The notes below the pieces were generated by a model, which saw only the letters and a list, made by a program, of their open reading frames with translations, did no database searches and was not told the origin of the DNA. A DNA stretch of 6,262 nt from a virus, in the IMG/VR virus record IMGVR_UViG_3300003103_000001, positions 1 to 6,262 of that record; one strand, written 5' to 3'. The position numbers and the translations under genes were made by a program. This document shows, piece after piece, positions 1-4,607 of the stretch (within the stretch, counting starts at the first letter, position 1; every line of letters begins with the position of its first letter).

Positions 1-52
1 AAATTTGCCCAAATTTGTCGAGCGTATAATTATCCTTTTCATATTGATTATA
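1..52. repeat. Terminal redundancy (copy 1): identical to 6211..6262, so the contig is circular with a 6,210-nt unit length
   Basis: Base-by-base comparison: aaatttgcccaaatttgtcgagcgtataattatccttttcatattgattata occurs at both ends of the window. Confidence 0.97.
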
Positions 53-201
53 AATTTAATTGTGATGATTTACGCCCTTTTGATATTGTATTTCATGCCG
101 AACGTAAATATATAAATCTGATTCATCAGCATCTCGATGATATCTATAATAATAATGTTTCACTTAAAAGACACACTACCCTAAAATTTCATGAAGATTA
201 A
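1..201 (+). CDS. VP4: Replication initiator protein (HUH endonuclease, VP4 / phiX A-like), C-terminal 66 codons plus stop. This is the continuation of 5098..6262 across the circular junction.
   Basis: Frame 1 is open from base 1 (KFAQICRAYNYPFHIDYKFNCDDLRPFDIVFHAERKYINLIHQHLDDIYNNNVSLKRHTTLKFHED) to TAA at 199..201. Position 6211 (equivalent to position 1) is a first codon position of the ORF starting at 5098, so the two pieces join in frame. Confidence 0.88.
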   Translation, partial: KFAQICRAYNYPFHIDYKFNCDDLRPFDIVFHAERKYINLIHQHLDDIYNNNVSLKRHTTLKFHED

Positions 202-367
202 ACACTCTTTTAGTTGGTGGCTTGGTCTGCTCATTGCTCTTGCCACGGCACTCGCAACTTACCTTTCAAGTTGCTCTACTACCACAAAGTTCAGCGTCAA
301 CGCTGACACTATTGCTAACCCTAATATTCACTTTTCAGATTCCACTAATTTTCAAAAATTTTGGTAA
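191..367 (+). CDS. Small putative lipoprotein, 58 aa (below the ORF-track size cutoff)
   Basis: Manual translation: MKIKHSFSWWLGLLIALATALATYLSSCSTTTKFSVNADTIANPNIHFSDSTNFQKFW, with stop TAA at 365..367. It has a basic N-region (K2, K4, H5), a roughly 20-residue hydrophobic core and the lipobox L-S-S-C (Cys codon 272..274), leaving a 31-aa mature peptide. It fills the only gap between Rep and VP1 and overlaps the Rep 3' end by 11 nt, which is typical microvirus packing. Confidence 0.5.
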   Translation: MKIKHSFSWWLGLLIALATALATYLSSCSTTTKFSVNADTIANPNIHFSDSTNFQKFW

Positions 368-416
368 TCTAAAAATGAATTTCAGTTAAACATATTTTCT
401 TAATTTACCTTAATCT

Positions 417-2219
417 ATGGCTTTGAAACTTGCACAACGAGGTGGCACACAAATTACTGCCCCTCAAGACAACAATGCCTCGTTTGTCGGTTTGGAGTAC
501 CGAACCCCCGAACGAAATGCCTTTAATCTTTCTAAACAAACTCATGGCTCTTTACAATTTGGTAAAATTTACCCAGTTTATAGCCGTATGGTTTTCCCTG
601 GTGATACCTTTAAAATCAAGGAATCCCATTTTCTGCGCTTTGCCGCTGTCATTTCCCCTATTTTGAACAAGATTAATATTACTACCATGGCATTTTACGT
701 GCCTTTCCGACTTGTTTGGAAATATTGGCCTACCTTTATTACTGGTGGTTACAATAACGACGGCGTACTTACTGACGAACTTGGCAACATGATTGACAAG
801 AACGGCTACCCCACTACCACACCTTTTGCCCCTCAACCTCCTACTTTCAATGCCCTCGACAAGCCTAATGGTGTCGATGATGTTCCCTATAGTGGCGCAG
901 TTATTGATGGTGGCTTAGGTGATTGGCTCGGTTTCCCTACCTTTGAAGCCGAATCCGATTTTATCGATGCCCGTGAAAATGAGTTAGAGAATATGCGTCC
1001 ATTATTCTCAAATATGACAATGTTGCCTTTTATGTGTTATCAAAAGGTTGTCAATGACTGGCTCACTAATAATAATATTGTCGATTCTTCCCGTGATAAA
1101 TCACTTCCACCCAGTAGTGTTTATGGTCTTGTTCCTTACGATGATACATTAGGCGAATTTGCAGAACTTGCCTACATTAATTATGGTCTCGACTATTTCA
1201 CCAGTTGTTTACCTCGTTTGCAACGTGGTGATGCTCTCCTCCTTAATTCTACCGATGACCAGATTACTTTTGATAATACTGGTGACCAATGGGTTTTCAA
1301 GAAAGGACGCAACGAAGCCCCTGGTGAATCAAATTTGCAGTCTATTGCTGGTGCTTTGCACACTACGCCACTCAACGCCTTTACTCCACAAGAAGAAGTT
1401 AACTTAAATGTTGTTGATACTCTTAAACTTCAGTATCACACCACTATCCAAGAGTTGCGTTTTCTCAATGCTATGCAACGTTGGCAAGAGAAATCTTTGC
1501 GTGTTGGCACTCGTTATATCGACTTTTTGAAATGCTATTTTGGTGTTAAATCTTCGGATAGGTCTTTACAACGTTCTGAATTTATTGGTGCATCAGTCGA
1601 TGCTGTGGTCAAAAATGATATTGACCAAACAAGTGAAACAACGCAATCGGGTACTCCTCTTGGTACTGTCGCATCTAAATTAATCGGTGTTGGTTCCTCT
1701 AAATCTTTCGATTGCTATTGTGAAGAACATGGCATGATTTTTGTAATGGCTGTTGTTACTCCTGAAACCATCTACAAAAATCGCATGCGCACTGAGTGGC
1801 TTTATAAGGACAAATTTGATTTCCTTTTCCCTGAGTTCACGCATTTATCTCCACAAGCAGTTAAAAATGCTGAGTTATACGTTCCTCGAGATGTGAAAGG
1901 TTTTGCATCTTACAATGGTCTTGCTAACTTTGGCTATCAAGACAGATTTAATGAGTTGCGTTGTGACACTAACGATGTGCATGGTGATTTTAAAAACTCG
2001 CTTTCTTTCTTTCTTCAGATGCGTAACTTTAACGCTACTCCTCGACTTAACACGAACTTCCTTAAAGCCGATGATATCGACACCAGTATCTTTGCTACTG
2101 ACACTATACAAGATGCGCAAGGTGTTAAGCATAAAGTTGACCACATTTGGGCATCTTTTAATTTCGATGTTAAGGCAGTCCGTCCACTTCCTAAACTTGC
2201 AACCCCTTCACTTATTTAG
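417..2219 (+). CDS. VP1: Major capsid protein (Microviridae VP1 / phiX174 F family), 600 aa
   Basis: This is the longest ORF. The N-terminal block FNLSKQTHGSLQFGKIYPVYSRMVFPGDTFKIK...MAFYVPFRLVWKYW follows the conserved F/VP1 pattern (hDLSh..G.l.Pi....v.PGDsf ... FyVP.R.vW) seen in phiX174 F. The size is typical of non-phiX microviruses. Recognised from memory, not searched. Confidence 0.95.
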   Translation: MALKLAQRGGTQITAPQDNNASFVGLEYRTPERNAFNLSKQTHGSLQFGKIYPVYSRMVFPGDTFKIKESHFLRFAAVISPILNKINITTMAFYVPFRLVWKYWPTFITGGYNNDGVLTDELGNMIDKNGYPTTTPFAPQPPTFNALDKPNGVDDVPYSGAVIDGGLGDWLGFPTFEAESDFIDARENELENMRPLFSNMTMLPFMCYQKVVNDWLTNNNIVDSSRDKSLPPSSVYGLVPYDDTLGEFAELAYINYGLDYFTSCLPRLQRGDALLLNSTDDQITFDNTGDQWVFKKGRNEAPGESNLQSIAGALHTTPLNAFTPQEEVNLNVVDTLKLQYHTTIQELRFLNAMQRWQEKSLRVGTRYIDFLKCYFGVKSSDRSLQRSEFIGASVDAVVKNDIDQTSETTQSGTPLGTVASKLIGVGSSKSFDCYCEEHGMIFVMAVVTPETIYKNRMRTEWLYKDKFDFLFPEFTHLSPQAVKNAELYVPRDVKGFASYNGLANFGYQDRFNELRCDTNDVHGDFKNSLSFFLQMRNFNATPRLNTNFLKADDIDTSIFATDTIQDAQGVKHKVDHIWASFNFDVKAVRPLPKLATPSLI

Positions 2220-2221
2220 TT

Positions 2222-2671
2222 ATGGAAAATTATTTTGTCCCTAAAAATCGCCCGATTTCCTCGGTTCATCTGCGTAAAAATAGTGATATTGTTCGTGTCA
2301 CTTCACAAGATGTTTTTGATGATTTGATTTCACAAGGTTACGAAGTTTACGAACTTGATGATATCAATTTTGTACCTAACGAAGTTACTAAAGTTTCCGA
2401 TATTCTTGCTCTCCACTCCAAAGGTATTGATGTCCGTTTTGTTGGTGGTCTCAACAAGCAGGAAATTTTGGACGATAGAAGTGATATTGTTAAACTTTCT
2501 TCCCCTAATCTCGAAAGTGACAAGTTGTTCCCTAACGTTATCCGTATGCGTGCAGAACTTGGTGAACGTATCAACAAGTTGAACGAATCCCATGCCCAGT
2601 TGTCCAAGGATATCGAGAATGAGCAACAGCGTATTGACTTCGAGCGTTCCCTTGGTAATAATAATGTTTAA
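2222..2671 (+). CDS. Hypothetical protein, 149 aa, acidic with a coiled-coil-like C-terminus. Possibly an internal scaffolding (VP3-like) protein.
   Basis: The ATG lies 2 nt after the VP1 stop (TAG 2217..2219) on the same strand. The ORF fills the whole VP1-VP2 interval and is followed by a hairpin plus T-tract. I recognise no motif. The scaffolding role is guessed only from size, acidity and position. Confidence 0.7.
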   Translation: MENYFVPKNRPISSVHLRKNSDIVRVTSQDVFDDLISQGYEVYELDDINFVPNEVTKVSDILALHSKGIDVRFVGGLNKQEILDDRSDIVKLSSPNLESDKLFPNVIRMRAELGERINKLNESHAQLSKDIENEQQRIDFERSLGNNNV

Positions 2672-2677
2672 TTGTTT

Positions 2678-2700
2678 GGGGCTTCTTGCCCCCTTTTATT
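2678..2700 (+). terminator. Intrinsic-terminator-like hairpin between the 149-aa ORF and VP2
   Basis: ggggc (2678-2682), loop ttctt, gcccc (2688-2692), then c-tttt-att. A GC-rich 5-bp stem followed directly by a T-tract. Confidence 0.45.
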
Positions 2701-2709
2701 CTTTATATT

Positions 2710-3924
2710 ATGTCATTCTTTAAATCTCTTTGGAATGGTATAAAGTCTGTTGGCAAAGGTATAGGCTCTGCTCTTACTGGTAACCCATTAGGCTTTATTT
2801 CTTCTGCTGTCGATATTGGTAAATCTATTTTTGGCTCAAACTCTGCTTCTAAAGAGCAAGCAAAACAAAATGAGTTTAATGCTACTGAAGCCGAAAAAAA
2901 TAGACAATTCCAAGCCGAACAATCCCAAATTCAGCGTGATTGGCAAAGTCCAGTCGCCCAGATGCAACGTTACTCCGAGGCTGGTTTAAATCCTAATTTG
3001 GTCTATGGTCAGATGCAACAAGCCCCAGTCAGTGGTGTTGCAGGTGCGCAAGCGCAATCTGTTGGTATGTCGGGAAAGCAACAACTTGCCCTTGCTCATT
3101 TTAATATTGCTGAAAAAATCTCTGAAATGAAGGTACAGCAAGCTCAAGCAAATGACCTTAATGCTTCTGCCGAGCAAAAACGTGCTGACGCCAAACGTTT
3201 AGGCATTTCCAATGAGTATGATTCTCAAACTTTACAATGGCGTATTACTTCTGCATGGCATAATATGCAATCATCTGCTCACTCCGATAGGCTTGGTGAA
3301 CTTGCTGTCGATGTCCAGGAAATTGAAACATCTATCCGTAAAGCGTTACATGCTAACGATTACGATACTCGTTTTGCCATTGACAATCTGCGCCTTGATA
3401 ATCTTACTAAAATCGCTACTTTAAATAACCTCGAACAAAATACCGATTATATAGCCGAGATGCAAGAGTATGTCGGCTATAACGCTGAAACTGGTCGTAT
3501 TTCTGCGAATGCTCTCGCTTTAAATGCCAGTTCCTACGCTAAGTTAGTGCCTTATTTGATTTATCAAGCGAGTGAGCAAGCGGGTTTATTTCATTCTCAA
3601 GCAGAGCATACCGACAAAGACGCTGAATTATTTCCAGTTCGTGCGCTCAAAACTTTTATGGAAGCATACAAGTTTTACCAAGACGGCACATTTACACAAA
3701 ATGATTTAATTCGTCTTGTCAATCGCAACTTCAACCTTGTCAATTATGGTGTTGAAGAACCTTCGAAAGGTGGTGTTTTTGGTACTGGCTTAAGTTGGCA
3801 ATCCTTTCGCCATGCCGGCTCAGGTAAAAAAATCGATAATAATCGACAAACTCAAGAAGCCGTTGAAAAGAACGGCATTAAATTCATTTATGATTTTCTT
3901 TCCAATTTCACTAATAAAAAGTAA
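2710..3924 (+). CDS. VP2: Minor capsid / DNA pilot protein (Microviridae VP2, phiX H-like), 404 aa from the ATG at 2710
   Basis: In frame with track ORF 2686..3924, but that TTG start lies inside the 2678-2692 hairpin, so the ATG at 2710 (MSFFKSLWNG...) is preferred. The N-terminus is Gly/Ser-rich (GKGIGSALTGNPLGFISSAVDIGKSIFGS) and the centre is Q/A-rich. The block QRDWQSPVAQMQRYSEAGLNPNLVYG matches the conserved AGLNP motif I associate with microvirus VP2 proteins. Confidence 0.85.
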   Translation: MSFFKSLWNGIKSVGKGIGSALTGNPLGFISSAVDIGKSIFGSNSASKEQAKQNEFNATEAEKNRQFQAEQSQIQRDWQSPVAQMQRYSEAGLNPNLVYGQMQQAPVSGVAGAQAQSVGMSGKQQLALAHFNIAEKISEMKVQQAQANDLNASAEQKRADAKRLGISNEYDSQTLQWRITSAWHNMQSSAHSDRLGELAVDVQEIETSIRKALHANDYDTRFAIDNLRLDNLTKIATLNNLEQNTDYIAEMQEYVGYNAETGRISANALALNASSYAKLVPYLIYQASEQAGLFHSQAEHTDKDAELFPVRALKTFMEAYKFYQDGTFTQNDLIRLVNRNFNLVNYGVEEPSKGGVFGTGLSWQSFRHAGSGKKIDNNRQTQEAVEKNGIKFIYDFLSNFTNKK

Positions 3925-3936
3925 TTGGTCTTCGTT

Positions 3937-3955
3937 GGTGGAACGCACCACCTTT
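3937..3955 (+). other. Short hairpin just after the VP2 stop
   Basis: ggtgg (3937-3941), loop aacgca, ccacc (3948-3952), then ttt. Confidence 0.4.
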
Positions 3956-3990
3956 AAACACTCAGATTTTTAAACTTGATTTATCCATTA

Positions 3991-4027
3991 TAAGTGCTAC
4001 GTTGTGAAACGTGGCACTTATTTTATC
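3991..4027 (+). terminator. Strong intrinsic-terminator-like hairpin (13-bp stem, GTGA tetraloop, T-tract)
   Basis: taagtgctacgtt (3991-4003) pairs with aacgtggcactta (4008-4020), with one T:G wobble (3998:4013). The loop gtga (4004-4007) fits GNRA. It is followed by ttttatc (4021-4027). Likely the end of the late VP1-VP2 transcript. Confidence 0.6.
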
Positions 4028-4064
4028 ATCATCGCAGTACACTCACACGCACGGCACCACTTTG

Positions 4065-4131
4065 AGGGGCATTATGCCCCTAAGCAATCGTTAGATTGCG
4101 TTACATTCGAAAATTGCGAAGCAATTTATCG
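4065..4131 (+). other. Cluster of three adjacent stem-loops
   Basis: A: aggggca/tgcccct (4065-4071 / 4075-4081, loop tta). B: gcaatc/gattgc (4084-4089 / 4094-4099, loop gtta). C: aaattgc/gcaattt (4111-4117 / 4121-4127, loop gaa), extended by cga/tcg (4108-4110 / 4129-4131) with A4128 bulged. B and C share the gcaat/attgc arm sequence, so alternative pairings are possible. Confidence 0.6.
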
Positions 4132-4145
4132 CATTGTTTATTCTT

Positions 4146-4161
4146 AAAAAAAAATTTTTTT
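4146..4161. repeat. A9T7 homopolymer palindrome
   Basis: aaaaaaaaa (4146-4154) is followed directly by ttttttt (4155-4161). This could be an easily melted or intrinsically bent element. Confidence 0.9.
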
Positions 4162-4197
4162 CATTATGCCGAGCGCAGCGAAAAATGTACGAAGTGC

Positions 4198-4233
4198 CAG
4201 CCGTAAATAACTACGTAGTAGTTATTATGGCTG
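4198..4233 (+). other. 16-bp bulged hairpin (candidate origin stem-loop)
   Basis: Upper stem: aataactac (4206-4214) pairs with gtagttatt (4218-4226), loop gta. Lower stem: cagccgt (4198-4204) pairs with atggctg (4227-4233), with one G:T wobble. A4205 is bulged. Confidence 0.7.
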
Positions 4234-4237
4234 TGTA

Positions 4238-4263
4238 GCGACAACCCGAAGCGACAACCCGAA
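4238..4263. repeat. Perfect tandem direct repeat, 2 x 13 nt (gcgacaacccgaa), iteron-like
   Basis: 4238-4250 is identical to 4251-4263. The repeat begins 4 nt after the 3' end of the 4198-4233 hairpin. Confidence 0.95.
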
Positions 4264-4271
4264 GAACGCAA
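4261..4271. repeat. Dispersed 11-nt direct repeat gaagaacgcaa, copy 1 (overlaps the end of the second 13-mer)
   Basis: Identical 11-mer at 4389-4399. A partial gaacgca also occurs at 3941-3947, in the hairpin after VP2. Confidence 0.8.
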
Positions 4272-4334
4272 GCAACTTTCGCTCGATGATGATTTAACTA
4301 CTTATATTTACTGCCTTTAGTTATTTGACTATTC

Positions 4335-4342
4335 TATATTTG
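4335..4342 (+). promoter_or_regulatory. Candidate Bacteroidota-type -7 box (TAtaTTTG) without a good -33 element
   Basis: tatatttg matches TAnnTTTG. The 10-mer tatatttgtt is repeated exactly at 4571-4580. No TTTG lies 19-21 nt upstream (only ttta with spacers of 15 or 24 nt), so support is weak. Confidence 0.3.
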
Positions 4343-4388
4343 TTATACACTCACTAACTTTTACTATCTTCTTACCTTACGATGTAAG

Positions 4389-4399
4389 GAAGAACGCAA
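4389..4399. repeat. Dispersed 11-nt direct repeat gaagaacgcaa, copy 2 (spans the 3' end of hairpin D and the start of hairpin E)
   Basis: Identical to 4261-4271. Confidence 0.8.
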
Positions 4400-4514
4400 C
4401 AAGCCACATTTGTTGCAAGTTAGATATTCCGTAACCCCTCTCGTCTTTGTGGACGGAATTTATAACGTGATGTCTATCAGCTTGATGCCGAAACGAAGTG
4501 GAGCGTTATAGTTC

Positions 4515-4550
4515 CCTTGTTATTTATTGTTAAATAATAAGGATATTTTT
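4515..4550 (+). terminator. 28-bp AT-rich palindrome followed by a T-tract (terminator-like; alternatively a protein-binding or recombination site)
   Basis: ccttgttattta (4515-4526) pairs with taaataataagg (4531-4542), with one mismatch and loop ttgt. It is followed by atattttt (4543-4550). Confidence 0.4.
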
Positions 4551-4578
4551 GCGATTTGTCAAAAATGCTGTATATTTG
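4548..4578 (+). promoter_or_regulatory. Bacteroidota-type promoter for the 162-aa ORF / Rep operon
   Basis: TTTG (4548-4551), a 19-nt spacer, then TAtaTTTG (4571-4578). This fits the Bacteroides -33 TTTG / -7 TAnnTTTG consensus at canonical spacing. It lies about 30 nt upstream of the ATG at 4608, and the leader has no Shine-Dalgarno sequence. Confidence 0.55.
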
Positions 4579-4607
4579 TTGCACGTTTCACTAACATTTT
4601 ATAAATC

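Larger units (their letters stand above)
4349..4550 (+). ncRNA. Hypothetical structured transcript (about 200 nt) between the -7 box at 4335 and the terminator-like palindrome at 4515-4550
   Basis: Contains four consecutive stem-loops. D: 4369-4394, 11 bp with A4374 bulged, loop gat. E: gcaacaa/ttgttgc, 4396-4402 / 4410-4416. F: attccgt/acggaat, 4426-4432 / 4453-4459. G: tataacg/cgttata, 4461-4467 / 4504-4510, closing a branched interior that includes tgat/atca at 4468-4471 / 4476-4479. It ends in a hairpin plus T-tract. No ORF longer than 13 codons. The boundaries are inferred, not observed. Confidence 0.25.

Noticed and set aside
5-31. An E. coli-like TATAAT at 26-31 with TTG-containing hexamers upstream, which might be a sigma-70 promoter.
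   Set aside because: Spacing to either candidate -35 (TTGCCC 5-10 or TTGTCG 15-20) is wrong at 15 nt and 5 nt. It lies inside the Rep coding sequence, and the other signals indicate a Bacteroidota host that uses a different consensus.
2352-2359. A second copy of the phiX origin-like 8-mer AACTTGAT, inside the 149-aa ORF.
   Set aside because: It reads GAA CTT GAT GAT in frame. AACTTG is frequent in this genome because GAA-CTT codon pairs are common (778, 1163, 2195, 2555 and others). There is no adjacent hairpin or AT-rich spacer, so it is probably coincidental. The phiX origin is itself within a gene, so this is not fully excluded.
2686-2709. TTG start at 2686 for VP2, as given in the ORF track (MPPFILYI...).
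   Set aside because: These codons lie within the ggggc/gcccc hairpin and its T-tract. An in-frame ATG at 2710 begins a typical VP2 N-terminus (MSFFKSLWNG...).
430-3424. Hydrophobic + strand ORFs embedded in VP1, the 149-aa ORF and VP2 (430..666, 1159..1407, 1903..2244, 2355..2582, 3212..3424), which might be phiX E-like embedded lysis genes.
   Set aside because: All five are in the +1 frame relative to the host gene. Third codon positions here look T-rich by eye. In the +1 frame, that T becomes the middle base of the codon. This both suppresses stop codons and produces Leu/Ile/Phe/Val-rich pseudo-proteins. They are therefore the expected compositional artefact. An embedded lysis gene cannot be excluded without conservation analysis, but nothing in the sequence specifically supports one.
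4100-4120. TTCGAAA (4106-4112), which resembles a tRNA T-loop.
   Set aside because: The flanking bases (gttaca / attgcg) cannot form a T-stem, and no acceptor or anticodon arms can be drawn. The segment belongs to hairpin C instead.
4166-4210. A basic 14-codon mini-ORF (MPSAAKNVRSASRK) that might be a phiX J-like DNA-binding peptide.
   Set aside because: It is much shorter than known J or VP8-type peptides, has no promoter or coupling context, and its 3' end overlaps the 5' half of the 4198-4233 hairpin. Other mini-ORFs in the region (6-17 codons) are equally unsupported.
4461-4510. Three-way-junction fold containing cttgatg and cgaaac, reminiscent of a hammerhead ribozyme core (CUGAUGA ... 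GAAA).
   Set aside because: The sequence is CUUGAUG rather than CUGANGA. No GAAA directly precedes the closing 3' strand (ggag is there instead). The reverse strand has CUGAUAG, which also breaks the core. It does not satisfy the hammerhead consensus.
4002-4590. A 10-nt inverted match (gtgaaacgtg at 4002-4011, cacgtttcac at 4581-4590) that brackets most of the noncoding region, suggesting terminal inverted repeats of an inserted element.
   Set aside because: Only 10 nt match, there are no flanking target-site duplications, and dozens of 10-nt inverted matches are expected by chance across a 6.2-kb sequence. It is insufficient evidence for a MITE-like insertion.
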